Shown here one piece after another: positions 48,384 to 61,321 of a stretch of 64,000 nucleotides of DNA. The notes beneath the pieces were generated by a model. The model was not told where the DNA came from, made no database searches, and was given only the letters and a program-made list of their open reading frames with translations. Both the position numbers and the translations under genes were made by a program. Origin of the DNA: Balamuthia mandrillaris (lineage: Eukaryota); NCBI GenBank assembly GCA_031835245.2, contig JAVKOQ020000080.1:62001-126000 (forward strand), in the 5' to 3' direction. Within the stretch, counting starts at the first letter, position 1. Every line of letters starts with the position of its first letter.

Positions 48384-51141
48384 CTACGTTTTGCGTGGTT
48401 CTCTATTTAAGGAGAGTGCTATGCACTCCTCTTCGGTGATGGAGGGAAGGTGCAGGAGGAAGTGAATCACCTCTGGGATTGGCTGCAGGTGAAAGGGATG
48501 TTGTTGGAAACGTTTCACGGCAGAGATGGTGGTGGAGAGATGCACTCGCTTCCGGAAGTTGATGAGATTGTTTGCTGTCATATCAGGATTGCCGTCACTT
48601 ATGAAGAGTAGATCGGTGAGGTACATGCCGCTGTTATTGTTACAGAGTTAACGTAATGCGATCTAAGAGAAAAAGGAAAAGACAATGAGAAAACGTCATT
48701 ACTAAACACATACAGATAAGGAATAAGAGGAGGTGTGCGCGCTGCCATGACTTCTCGCAGTTGTTTATGGGCAGACAAACGATAATTATCAAAAGAGTTA
48801 AACGCCTGTCGTCGCAATATGTTACAAAAAGCAGTTGTGAAATGTTTAACAGGTAGGAGGGAGCAACAGAGAGAGAAACCTCTATAGTCTTCTGGGGACA
48901 ATGTGCGCGGGTTTGTTTGAGTCTATGCACTGAAACGCTACTGTAGCCAGCGACAATTGCGAACAAAGCATGATAACTTCCCAACTTGTCCAGTTCCTTT
49001 ACGTTGTTGGGGGTGAAGTTCAGAGAACAGTTAAAATAATAGTTAAAACACATACCAGAATGACATTGTGGAAGTAGGTTATCACTTTTGCACGAGTAGC
49101 CGGTTTTGTTGGCTCTAAAATAGAGCGAATGACCCAACTTTGTTTGAAAGAAGATGTATGAGAAGGAAAGGAAGAAGGAATAAAGAGAATAATGGAAAAG
49201 CAATTGAAGAAGGACAAGAAGAAGCACTTACTTTGCAACAGAGTTAAAGTGGTTGGTCATGTGAAGGATGGAGGATTGTTGTTCTGCACGATTTATGTTC
49301 AGCCATGGACTGCGCAGCAGTTCTCTTCGCTTTGTGTTTTGACTTGACGTTAAAGAATGAAAATAGCGTAACACGACAAACGTGATGTGAACGTACGGTG
49401 ATCTGAGAGAAAAAGAAGTAATGAAGGAGCGTCATTTGTCGAGCAAGTTCCACTGCAGGAATGTTGCTCCATTCAAGTGTCTCTGATTTTTTGGGCCACT
49501 ATGAAAAGGAAAGAAGAATAAGCAAGTGAGAGAAGCAGCAAACAGAAAGAGTCAAAAAGCAGACGAGAGAAGAAGAAGAAACAAAATACAAGAAGACTAC
49601 AACACGACACATGGCAACAATATAGAAGGTGACAAAGAAAAAAAAAAAAACAAAAAGACAAACCACAAGAGAAGGGCACTGTCCCAATTCGATTCTTGGA
49701 AGAAGAGCCTGAACCACGAATTCACTGTCCAAAGCTCCACGTGTTTCTTTGCTCTTCTCTTTTCGTTTTGTTGCTTTGTTTAAGTAAGCTATGATACTTT
49801 GCAAGCTATGCAAAGCCTCCTCTCTGACAGAACATGTCCGCTTTGTTGATGCTCGGTTCTCATCTCTGTTTGCTATGTCTTTGTGCTCTCTTCGCCCAAA
49901 CAAAGTGCCAAGCTTGCTCTTCTTCTTTCGTTTCTTCTTTTCTTCTTGTTTTGGTTGTTGGTCTTTACCATTCTTCCCGTCTTCCTTGGTATTATCTTTC
50001 AATCTTACGGATTGTTCATCGTCAGTTGTAGCGAGCCTCGCAAAGTCGCGAGCAACGATGCCTCGCACAAAGATCTTCAGAGCAAGCGCAACCTCATTCC
50101 CTCGTTCTTCTTCCTCTTTCAGCTTTTCCTGTTCAGCTTCGTTCTCGTTCTCTTTGTTCTCATGCTCTTCATCTTTGTCGTGCTGCATAAAGTCTTCAAA
50201 ACAATAGGAAGAGCACCATTTGGCCAACAAACAGCAAACGTTCTTCTTTCTGCAAAGTTCTGCAAACGCTTCTTCTTCATCATCTTCACCATCATCTTTG
50301 TATGCTTTCTTTGCCATCTGCTCTCGTTCTTCTCGCAGCTGCTCCACGGAAAAGAACCGCTCTCCTTCTCTCAGAGCCACATTCGCTCTTTCTCCTTCTC
50401 TCTTCATCCTCCCCATTTCGCTGCTTTCATTTTCTTCTCCTTCGTCTGTCTCCTCTGCTCCGTCGTTGAACGTCAATAAGCTTGCGTCGTATCGTTGCAG
50501 TAACTCGAGGAACAAAGCTGAGCGAGTGATGAATGTTGGGTATGTAAGGATAAACTCTTCCTTAAACTTGTCATCTGTTTTTATGTTTGTTGAATAACAA
50601 TAAGAAAAGAAAAATAAAGAAGAGAATAAAGAAGGAAAGAGAAGCGAGTTACCAGAAGTGTAAATGGCTTCATCGATGAGACAGGCAACGGAACCGCTGG
50701 GGATTCGTCCCTCTGCGTCCCGAACGAGACCTTTTATTTGCTTCTGTTTCGTGACCTTTGTTATTCCCACAGAGAGAGACAGAGCTAGAGAGAGAGAAAC
50801 AGTTTAGCATTTCACCACAAAGAAAATAAAAACAGGAAGTGAACTCACGTTTGCGGGTCAGCACAGGGCTTCCTACGTTGTTGCTTCGTTTCAGCCGTTT
50901 CACGCTCTTGGCAAAAAGGTTCTTATAGAAGAAGAAGAAGAATAAGAAAAAAGAAAAGAAAAGAAAAGTGTTTATAACAAACCCGCCAAAGAGCATGGTC
51001 GGAGGCCACGCCATGCCAGTCCTTGCACACGAGCGAGGCAGCGCATAACTCTGGAAGCTCGAGAAAGGAGAATAGGAAGAGGGTGAGCTCCGCCGGCAAG
51101 CGGGAAGCGACGGGCGAACGTGCCCTCCTCCTCTGCTTCAT
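48384..51141 (-). CDS. F-box, REM and CDC25-type RasGEF protein; start uncertain
   Basis: LPAELTLFLFSFL..VCKDWH..DHALWR (F-box); FKEEFILTYPTF (REM); ELARQMTLL, PPLIPYL.MYLTDLLFISDGNPD..NLINFRKR..SLNREPR (CDC25). Confidence 0.85.
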
Positions 51142-51591
51142 CTTCCTTCCCGCCTTCTGCTGCTGAATGCGTTTCACTTTTGTCGACAATCCTTTTCTTC
51201 CAACGCGCAATGGTTAAGTTTGGAGGTGGTCCTTGTCGACACTAATTTTTCCCGCTAAAAGTGACAGGAGAGCGCAGGGACATTTTTGCTGTTCTTTTTT
51301 CCCTTGCCATTTCTTTTCAGTCGTATAAAAAAATAGGCATGTTTTTTGTCTACTTCATTTTGTGGAGGGGCTGCCTTTAGGGCTCTTCTTGGCATAGCGT
51401 GAGGACCTGTAACGCACCGACCTGTGCTGTTCTTGGAGGCGCACAACGTGGATGGTCGAAACTTCACCGTCGGCATCCCACTCACCATGAGTTCCGCCAT
51501 TTTTTTTTTTCTTGTCGCTCACCTTCTTTCACTGTTTTTCTTTAGAAAGCTCCTCTCATGACTGGGAAGGTCACGAAAGGATAATGAAATG

Positions 51592-51706
51592 AGGCGTTTA
51601 TCGGTTTAATAAGTTTAAGTTTATCGGTGAATCCTGGACACAAAACGCAGCTTTGCCTCCGGGATGATTAAATAAGGCGTTTATCGGTTTAATCAGTTTA
51701 TCGGTG
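51592..51706. promoter_or_regulatory. Duplicated TTTATCGG-motif module in a divergent promoter region
   Basis: AGGCGTTTATCGGTTTAAT at 51592 and 51675; AGTTTATCGGTG at 51618 and 51695. Regulatory role is inferred. Confidence 0.45.
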
Positions 51707-51758
51707 GGGATGATTTTTTTATTTTTTATTTTTGTTTGTTTATAAAACTTTGTAAGGA

Positions 51759-54022
51759 ATGCCCCAGTTCGCATGGACAGCAGTGGTCCTCTGCTTTTGT
51801 GCGGGCTTTGCTTCAGCTCAAACAGGTATAGGTTGCTTGTTTTTGTTTTTTTTGAACCTTCTTTCCTTGTAAAACCATCTCTCTTGGTAACAAAAATGAA
51901 GGTTATTTCAAACAGGGAGCAAGCGGACAGGACCCGGACTGCCCCGAAACGAATCCTTGTGCTGACCCTTTTTCCTTCATCTCGTTGGGAGACTTTTCGG
52001 AGTACGTCTTGGCAGCGGGCACATACGCTTTTACCTCCACCGTCTATTTCTCCAGCTCCTTCACCATAAGGTTTGTTTTTTAGGTTTCTGTTTGCTTGTT
52101 GCTCCGCGTGGTACTTCTGCACGTCGTTCAAACAAAACATTTCTCTGGCAAAACAGGAAATGGGTTGAAAAAGGAGAACAACAGCCAGTCCTTCTCTTGG
52201 GCCAGACTACGAGTGCGTTATGTTTCAGCCTCAGTGAGAGTGCTCCTCCTGTGGCCCTCTCAACAAACCAAAAGTTGTGCTGAACAATACAAGCGCCACC
52301 AGCACCGGTGGTTTTATAACGTTTCAACGATTTCGTACTTCCTCCGTTTTGAGTTTGTATCATTCGGACATGATAACTGACTTGACGACGGTAGAGTTTT
52401 TGGACAATGATGTTGAGGCTATGGGTTTGTTATCCTTGAAACTGTGTCATTATTTTGCTTTCTTTCCGTTTCTTTCTTTCTTTGTTTCCATCTCATCTAA
52501 CATCGAACTTGGCCAAAGTCGTACTGAAAGGCAGCAACTGGCGCAGTACTGGACTAGTCTCGTTTGAACGTAACTCTGCTTCGGTAGTCTTTGATATCTA
52601 TTCAGCAGACGGCAGGGATACGCAGCTTTATAGCCTCATTCCGCTTCGTATGGTGGACAACCAATTTGGGTACACCTTTAGCACAGCCTCGACCTCAGAT
52701 CTGTGCGTCCTTCCTTGCAATGATGAGTCACCAGAGTATTGTGACTGTATTTACCAATCACTTATTTCGTGGGGAGAGGTTACTATTGAAGAAGCACCGT
52801 CATTGGTTCTTCCTCTTTACGTTTCTCCTCCATCACCCATCGACATGGAGCTTCATTTGGTTTTGGACCCGCCTGATGGAGTGGTACACGGGCAACACTT
52901 CACCATTCTACCTTCACCATCACGATCGTTCAACGACTCATCGTTGGAAATCATTGTGAACATTCCACAAGGGGAGGAAAAACTGAGGTTGGCCATCACG
53001 CCACTGACAGCATTGTGGGAGGCAGTCACTCTCATGCTGAGGGTGCCGAATGGCTACTTGGATCCTCCGTTCTTCCTCTCTGCAAACCAGATGCAGTTAG
53101 TCTTATTCCCCGCTTCTTCTGAGCCTCCTGTCTACAAACCAGAGGGGAGCACCATCGCAGTCACCTTCCCAAACGCCAACAAAGCGGATCACTTTTTTTC
53201 TCAAACGAACGACTTCAAAACAACTCGGTCACAGCTCAGTTTGTTGCATTGATGGAAGTGGATGAAGACGGAGGAGGGGTCGCTACAGTGTCTTTGCAAG
53301 ACGTGGAATGGAGGTCAGAAGAGTTGGGCAACACTTCATTCAACCTCAAAAACGCTCTTCCTTTCATCTCCTTCTCCACCGAAATTACTTCTTTCCTGCT
53401 ACCTGACGGAGTGTCGTTGAACTTGACAGAAGCGATTAGGCTGGAGCTGAACTTTACGATGTTTGAGGAAGCTCAAGTCATCAGCTTTGCGGGCGTGGAA
53501 CAGGTCATGGCAGCCAACACCCTCAAATGGAACGTGCTTCTTTCTTCCTGGCCCTTTCAACACCACAACCATCCCTTGGTTCTTCATCTCTCTATCATCA
53601 GCGAAGATGGACCTGTTTCTCTGCTCTCACAGCACACGACAAAGGAAGGGGTGTGGGAATGCAAGTTACAGACAGAGAACACCCTAGTACCAATGAACGT
53701 TTTGCTGTTAGCCATTGTGGACGGTTCTCCTTCGCCAACCAGAGATGTGAAAGGAGAATGGAAGGAAGGAAAGTTGATGTTGAAGTTGCCATGGTTCAAC
53801 CATTCGTTGATGTTGGATCCTGACATCTCTTTGCTGTTAGCAGAGGAAAGTGATGGAGAGGAGGACGGAGAGGATGGTGACGATGAGTTATGGTGGAAGA
53901 TCGCTGTTCCGGTGGTGGTGATCGTTGTGGTGGCGGCGGTCGCTATCACTTTGGTGGTGGTGTGGCGGCAAAGAAAAGAGCGGCGCACTCGAATCAACCA
54001 AAGGAATGTTGTATCATTGTGA
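51759..54022 (+). pseudogene. Surface-protein family copy 1, disrupted by two frameshifts
   Basis: Signal peptide MPQFAWTAVVLCFCAGFASAQT, CPETNPCADP, ANTLKWN..SSWPF, LDPDISLLL and a TM helix. Premature stops at 52281-52283 and 53250-53252, with homology continuing in another frame. Confidence 0.7.
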
Positions 54023-54029
54023 ATGTAGT

Positions 54030-54745
54030 TTTAAAGTTGGCCAAACTAAAGAGGGTTGTGGCAGTATTGCGTTGAAAGGAGATATTTCCAGAGTTTAGCC
54101 ATTTGCTACCGGAAAGAAAGGCGACTATGGAGGCCCATATTAGTTGCAAGAACGCCATTCAGAAAGGGGAAACAAAGAAAACGAACAAATATACGGAAGT
54201 GTATTATCCAAGAACTCGACCGTCGCCAAGTCGGTGGTCAGGTTACTGTTTTCCAGCTGAAGCGCGGTGCCTGATCCGGTGAAGCCTTGGAACGTGATCT
54301 TTCCACTGGTGCACTCAGCTTTAGAGTCGCGCAACACTACTGTTGATATTTTCCAAGGAAACATAAGTGACTTAACTTTGGGTTTCATGCAAGGATAAAG
54401 GTCATGTACCACTATCGCAACAATCCACGAAGGCCACATCACCAATAGTCCAATCCACAGTCTCTACATTGAACGCTTTAACAACAAGTAAGCAGGATGC
54501 GCGGTAGAACAATAGCGAGATAAGAAGGAACGTCAGGAAGAGGAAGAGAGAGAGAGAGTAACGCAAGTATCGGTGAGAGCCGGAACGAGAGAGAGAGAGA
54601 GACTCGTTGCGTACTTGTACTTGTCCTGGCACAGAACATGTTGCGTTTCTTATCTCCAAACAGTTTGTGTACAGCTCAAACCAGTCATTGACTGCCCCGG
54701 TAGGTCGTTCAATCACCACCCCACCTGCTGAGTTCTGGCTAGGTA
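54030..54745 (-). pseudogene. Inverted internal fragment of the same surface-protein family
   Basis: AFNVETVDWTIGDVAFVDCC, LTTDLATVEFLDN and KWLNSGNISFQRNTA match the middle exons of the other copies. No signal peptide or TM exon. Confidence 0.7.
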
Positions 54746-54941
54746 GGGTGTAACGCTCCAGGTGCCCCAGATCACCAAAAACATGACGTGTCCCATGATC
54801 GTCATCTCTGCCGCTAATTTGGATTCATGTCGACATGATATTATTGTCTTTTCTCATCATGTCGACATGGTTAAAAATAATGCTAAACAATATGACCGAG
54901 AAGGATAGGCGAAACAACGACACCAGAACAGATACGGCCTC

Positions 54942-55004
<63 letters not shown>

Positions 55005-55094
55005 ATCTCTTCCTTCTTTCTTTCTCCTATTTATATAAGCAACAAAAAATGTAAACAAAAACAGCTATTTCGCATCACTGTTCTTCTTCGTGTG

Positions 55095-55111
55095 GTTGTT
55101 GTTGTCGTTGT

Positions 55112-55200
<89 letters not shown>

Positions 55201-55237
55201 CTTGTTGTTGTTCTTGTTGTTCTTGTTGTTGTTGTTC

Positions 55238-55275
<38 letters not shown>

Positions 55276-55318
55276 CTTGTTCTTGTTGTTGTTGTTGTTC
55301 TTGTTGTTGTTGTTGTTC

Positions 55319-55371
<53 letters not shown>

Positions 55372-55425
55372 CTTGTTGTTGTTCTTGTTCTTGTTGTTGT
55401 TCTTGTTGTTGTTCTTGTTGTTGTT
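55095..55425. repeat. (GTT)n microsatellite with interspersed CTT units, about 110 triplets
   Basis: Directly visible. Confidence 0.97.
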
Positions 55426-55713
55426 ACTTCTTCTTTAGTTTGTTGTTGAGGTTGTTGTTGCGATAGAATAACTGTTCGACTGCTGCCAACAATGTTGGTC
55501 CTTCGTTTGCCGATCCGCATGACGGAGGGTTTCGCTCTCCAACCCTTTTCTCTGTCATCCACTCCCTCAGCGCCTTCTCCTTTTGTTTCTTCAGCTCCTC
55601 CTTTCAGTTCTTCTCTTTTGTCCTGCTCCTTGTTCACATTGCTGCCTCCATCGCCAGATTTTGTTCCTGGCTTTTCTCCGTTTTTTTTTCCTTCTTTCTC
55701 TCTTTCTTCTCTC

Positions 55714-55757
<44 letters not shown>

Positions 55758-55904
55758 TCCCTCCCTCCTCCACCCTCTCCTCAGTTCATGCCATTAATGG
55801 AAAGGTGTGTTTTGTCACGTTTTGTGCACGTGCTCTCCTTCTGTCGTTCTCTTCTCTCTGTGCTTCTTCTTTTGTCAGCCCTTCGTTCTCCCTCTGTTCT
55901 ACTC

Positions 55905-55944
<40 letters not shown>

Positions 55945-56134
55945 AGTTCTCTACCTGCATTTTTATTTCTTTTCGTTTCTTCATCTCCTGCACCTATAAC
56001 TTTCTTTTTGTAGAAGAATGAACATTTTTCTTCTAAATTAATGAGCGAAAGCTGGGTAATGAAGTACATCCGTTTTTGAACTATCGTGGCCCTTTTTTTT
56101 TAATTTCAACACAATCGAGAAACTGCTGGTTGAG

Positions 56135-58970
56135 ATGTGGTGGGAAGTTGGCTTGGTTCTCGTTTTTTCTTGGTGGTTGAGTTGTGCTTCCGCTCAAACT
56201 GGTTCGCGTTCCTTTCTCTCTTTCTCTCTCTCTCTCTTGCCTAATTCTTTCTTTTGCGTTGCTAACGTTGGTCTTGTTTGTTTTTTTCTTAGGCTACTTC
56301 CAAGTTGGCGCGACGGGCTCTGACCTGAACTGTCCTCAGGACAATCCGTGCGCAGACCCGTTTCCCCACCTGGCCACTCATGCCTTTGATGAGTTTGTTT
56401 TGGGGGCTGGGGAGTACACCTTCTCTTCCACGGTCTCATTCTCGCAAAGTGTTTCCATCAGGTGTCCCTATTTTCTATTTTTTATTCTCTGCTTCGTCAT
56501 CTCCTTTGTCTGTCCGTCCGCTTCGGGACCCACATGCCTCGAAGAGGACAAACACAACGACGTGGAGAGGCTTATAGCGCCGCTGTTCCATTTGTTTGAC
56601 CAAAAGCTAACTCATATTTTGCTCACCCCATAGGAAGTGGAAGGAACAACCAAATGATGACCCGGTTGTGTTGCGCGGCCTAACCGGCGGTTCACCGTGT
56701 TTCATCAACTTTTCCCCCTACTCTGCCAAGAACATAAGCTTCAACAACCTGACCATCGAATGCGAAGGTGTTCCACTTCAACTCATCTCGGACAAACCCA
56801 CGGCCGTCGATATAAGCGACGTTACCATTCGCCATTCTGGTGGAGCTTTGTACTGTTCCAACACGGCTGGGTTAGGGTTGGCCGCTAATCTGTTCACTGT
56901 GAGGACGACCAATATGGTGGTGTTCAACGTGTCTTGTGCATCCTCAAACGACCGTAAGCTCTCTACATTCCGTTCATCCTCTTTGCTGAGCCTGTCCTAT
57001 CCGTTCTTTTTCTCATTTTTTCTTCTTATCCTCAGCACTATACTTCAGTAGAGTGGAATGGATCTTTTCCAAAGTGGAACTTCTCAACAACTGCAGAGAC
57101 GAGTTATTATCTTTTATCGTCCACATGAATGAAGGCATTGGCAGAAGCATAGACGGAGGAGTACTGTCGTTCAGAGATAACACAATCATTGGAACATCTG
57201 GGACGCTCCTTTATCTGCTCTACTGCGACTTTAGTAGTGAGCATGTTGAATTTGTGGGAAACACAGTTGGCGGCAGTATCAGTACTTTGTCTCTCGTTTT
57301 TTTTTTTTTTTTGGGTTTTTGTCTTGCAGCTTTTCGAACTACTGACGATATCAACCAACCACATAGCAAGAGTTCAAGCCCCAACAGAGTGGCTCAATGC
57401 TGGACAAATGTTGTTTCGGCAAAACACAGCCAATACCTTGTTCTTGTTGCTAGACGATTACCCATCAGACTTCTTGACTCTCTTCAGTCTGATTCCTCTT
57501 CAGTTGGAAGACAACCAACTCGATAGTGGTACCTTTGCTGGTACCTCCAGTCTAGAGATAACCCTCTGTGTCGTTCCTTGCAACAGCACAGAGCCTGGAT
57601 TCTGTGATTGCAACGACCTTCCTCTTGTTTCATGGAACGTCCCCAACCTTCTTCCTCCTCCATCCTCTTCTCCTTCCCTCGTACCTTTCCCCTCTTCGCA
57701 AGCTGCACTCCATCTCCCACTCTTCATCCCTTCACCGGCTTCGGCAAACATTCAGATTCCTCTGGTGTTGCAACTGCCAGAGGGGGTGAGATACGGAGAA
57801 CACTTGGTCACCGAACCTCTTCCCTCCTATATCATGGATCAACCCACAACCACGCTCCTCATCATGCTAACCATTCCTCATGATCAGACGGAAGCTGAAC
57901 TGATCCTCACACGGCTGCCCATGTTGAGACAAGACGCTATCATCCCAGTTCATGTTGCTGCCACTGGGGAGCTGTCCTTCTTCCTCTCCAATAATTTCTT
58001 TCAAGTCGCCATCGCTGCTTATGCTCCTCCGAACCAAACCCTCTTCAAACCAGACCAAAGCGAAGTGGCTGTTAGCTTTCCGAACAACAACAAACCAGAC
58101 CACACTCTCTCCCTTGTTGAAGGGGATGAAGTGGTGGCCAACCGCTCCATCACTGCTCTGTTCGGTGCTTTGATGGAGATGGATGAAGAGGGAGCAGCGG
58201 TGGCTGTGGTGTCGTTAAGAGAGACGAACTTCTGGATGGAAGAACTGGGGGACACAACCCTCAACTTAAACAACGCTCAGCCCTTCCTCTCCTTCGCGAC
58301 TGAAATTGCTTCTCTCCTTCAGCACGATGCTGTTCCGTTGAATTTGACAGAAGCCATCCGTATGGAAGTGAACTTCACCATGTTTGCTGCGAAACAAGCG
58401 GTCAGCTTTGCGGGAGTGGAGCAGGTTATGGCGGCCAACACCCTCAAGTGGAGCATCTTCCTTTCTTCCTGGCCCTTCCAGCATCACAACCATTCCTTGC
58501 ACCTCCATCTCTTCCTCCTCAGCGAAGACGGACCGGTTAGTCTGATTAATGCTGAAGAAGCTGCCGAGAACGGAGTGCTACGATGGATGCTGGGAACGGA
58601 GAACACAGAGATCCCAGTGAACGTCTTGCCTCTGGCCCTTCTCCTTAACGGTGACGAAGAGGAAACAGAATCGGTGAAGGCAAACTGGGACGACGAGGAG
58701 CAAAAGCTGGCAATAGAGTTGCCCTGGTTCGCAAACGCATTGTTGTTGGATCCCGATATTTCCTTGCTGTTGACCGAGGCAGAGGATGAAGCGAAAGACA
58801 AGGATGGAGAGGATGATGGGTTGTGGTGGAAGATCGTGGTTCCAGTGGTGGTGGTGCTGGTGGTGATTGTGGTGGTAGCAACAGTGTTGGTGATCACCAT
58901 GAAGGCAAAGCAGCAGAGAAAGAAGCGAATGTCACAGTTGGCTGAGAAACTGGCAAAAAACATGGACTAA
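56135..58970 (+). CDS. Single-pass type I surface protein, family copy 2; apparently intact
   Basis: Signal peptide, GYFQVGATGSDLNCPQDNPCADPF, beta-rich middle region, CVVPCNSTEPGFCDC, ANTLKWSIFLSSWPF..LPWF..LDPDISLLL, acidic linker, Val-rich TM and a short basic tail. Confidence 0.85.
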
Positions 58971-59345
58971 AACCTTTTCTTTTCAAAACATAATGAACAG
59001 AAACATATCGCTCTCAAATACCATTTTTTTTCAAGCCTGGGTTCACAGAGGATGCTGCATTCAGCCTCCTATGTGCCCTCCATCAACCAACGTTTTCAAA
59101 ATACATGAGGGAGAGCACTTCCAGAAGACTTTGTCTCGAGCGTCTACCTCAATTACTATAGTGTAATGAATTGAGCCCGCATTACAACCAACGCGCACAC
59201 AGTAACCAGTTCATCATTGGCCACCCAATCCAAACTTCTCCACAAACTGATTCACTAAATTGGTTGCTGGGGTACGCTGGCTGGAGTCTTTCTCTTCTTT
59301 CTTCTTTTTTCACTTTCTCTCTCTCCGTTTCAACAACCAGCAACA

Positions 59346-60313
59346 ATGGGTAACGGAGGAAGTTCGCAGCCAAGCGCGGAGGAGCTCGCCAACGAGAGGG
59401 GACTCTCGGTGGCGGAGGTGCAGGCCTTGATGGACGCCTTCCACGCGTCCGGCAACAAGCGCAACAAACCGATTGACCTCAAGCACTTCAAGAAGGTGGT
59501 GGCCAAAGTGCACGAGAAGCACCCCAACCCGGCGCTGAGCCCTGAGTCGGCCGAGCTTGCTTTCAGCACGTTTGACGCCGACGGCAACGGGAAAGGTTTC
59601 ATTTTTCTGTTCTTCTCTCTTCTCTCAGTTCTTTTCTCTAACATGTTCTCTCAGTGGACCCTTTTGAGCTTTTGGATGGTATTGCTATTATTGCCTACGG
59701 TACAGTGGAAGAGAAGGCCGAATGTAAGTTCCCTCTCCTTCTGCTTCTCCTTCTCCTTCTCCTTCTCCTTCTCCTTCTCCTTCTCCTTCTCCTTCTCCTT
59801 CTCCTTCTCCTTCTCCTTCTCCTTCTCCTTCTCCTTGTTTGTTTACAAACGCAAAACAAACTTTTCGCTTTTTTTTACTCGAAAGTTACGTTCAAGGCGA
59901 TCGACAAGAATGGAGACGGTCACATCACTCAAGCCGAGTTTAACGAGTACATCAGAAAGGTCGTGAACACCGCCGGCGAGGCCGTCAAAGACGAGAAGAA
60001 GAAAGAAGGTCTCGGCTTGGGCGCTCGTATTGTTTTGGTTGGTGTTTTCTTACTAGCACGGTTCTCTCATATATACTTACATTAACAACACACCTCTTCT
60101 CTTCTTTAGAAAGGAGCTGTTCGGATCATCAAGGAAGCCACCTCGCGCGGTCTGTTGGAGAAAGCCTTTGAGGCCGATGCCGACGGTGACGGCAAGATCA
60201 CTTTGGAGGAGTTCAAGGCGGCCGCGGCGTCCGGCAACAGCGCCATCGTCTCCTTCCTGAATCCTCGTCAGTTTGTGGATACCGCGCTGGACACTTTCAG
60301 AACTGAAACGTAA
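59346..60313 (+). CDS. N-myristoylated EF-hand Ca2+ sensor (calcineurin B/NCS-like)
   Basis: MGNGGS myristoylation motif; DADGNGK, GTVEEKA, DKNGDGHITQAEF and DADGDGKITLEEF. Confidence 0.85.
59745..59834. repeat. (TTCTCC)15 intronic hexanucleotide repeat
   Basis: Directly visible in the second intron of the EF-hand gene. Confidence 0.95.
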
Positions 60314-60408
60314 AAACCAGCCGGTCTCTGCATGAACAGTGTTCTTTCGTTCTGTTCTTCGTGCAGCAATGTCACTGTAATAAAACTAAGAAAGGATCGT
60401 TTTACAGC

Positions 60409-60995
60409 TTAAAAGGTGGAATGCAGAGCATGGTATCGATGCTTCTGAGGGTGTCTCATTCTCAGTTTTACCATTTTCTTGTTCGTCTTGGCGTTCCTCT
60501 TTATCTGGAGAGAGCAAGCAATGCCAGATCGTGTCTTTATCATTAATCCCACGAGCAACTCGGAAGCGGTCATGCATGAATGTTGGAGAAGTAAACACTC
60601 GCTGACGAATGGGTCGTCTGTTTGGGGTGTTCCACACGTTAAGAAAGAAAAGAACAAGAAGAAACAAGAACAAGCAAAAAAGAAAAGCAGTACCATGAGT
60701 GAAAATGACTTCATCAACCGAGACAGTCCACAGAGCCACCCGTCACTTGTCCCTTCCAATTACGAACGAGACCACAGCCCATGTTCCGTATAAGAACGGT
60801 ACGCCGGTGGTGGCTGGACGAGCCGAACGTCCCCTCTTTCTCTGCCACCGCTTCACGCACTTGGCCAGAAGGTTCCGTTTATTTTTAATTCTAAGATGTT
60901 TCGATGAGAGAAAGAGAAAACGTATGAAAGAGAAGAAGAAACAACAAACCCGCCACAGAACAAGCTCGAGATGGAGCTCCGCCGGCAAAGCAACA
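60409..60995 (-). pseudogene. Decayed 5' remnant of an F-box-RasGEF paralog
   Basis: LPAELHLELVLWR, NLLAKCVKRW, GLVRNWKGQVTGGSVDC..DEVIFT and DDPFVSECLL follow the first exons of the 48384-51141 gene in order, with a deleted F-box core and frameshifts. Confidence 0.7.
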
Positions 60996-61321
60996 GCACT
61001 TGGATCGTCTCTTCTTCTTTCTTTGTCTTTTTTACATCGGCAGACGTCAGGTTTTGCTTTATTTGGTAAACGTTGACTACACTATCGTTTATGGATGGGA
61101 TGACATCATTTTGATGTATATAAAGTAAAAGTGATGCAATGCCATCAGATATCGTTTGTCGACTACTTCATTCCTGATTGGACATTCATTCAAATGAAAG
61201 ACCAGTATTTCGGTGTATATAGAGTAGCTGGACAACACTCGTTTTCATACAGAAGAACTGAATGATGGGCTGGTTCAAAAAAAACTTGACCATAGTACAC
61301 TTTTGATAGCAAAACAACCAA

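Noticed and set aside
55090..55466. Poly-Val, poly-Cys and poly-Leu ORFs
   Set aside because: Stop-free translations of the (GTT)n microsatellite.
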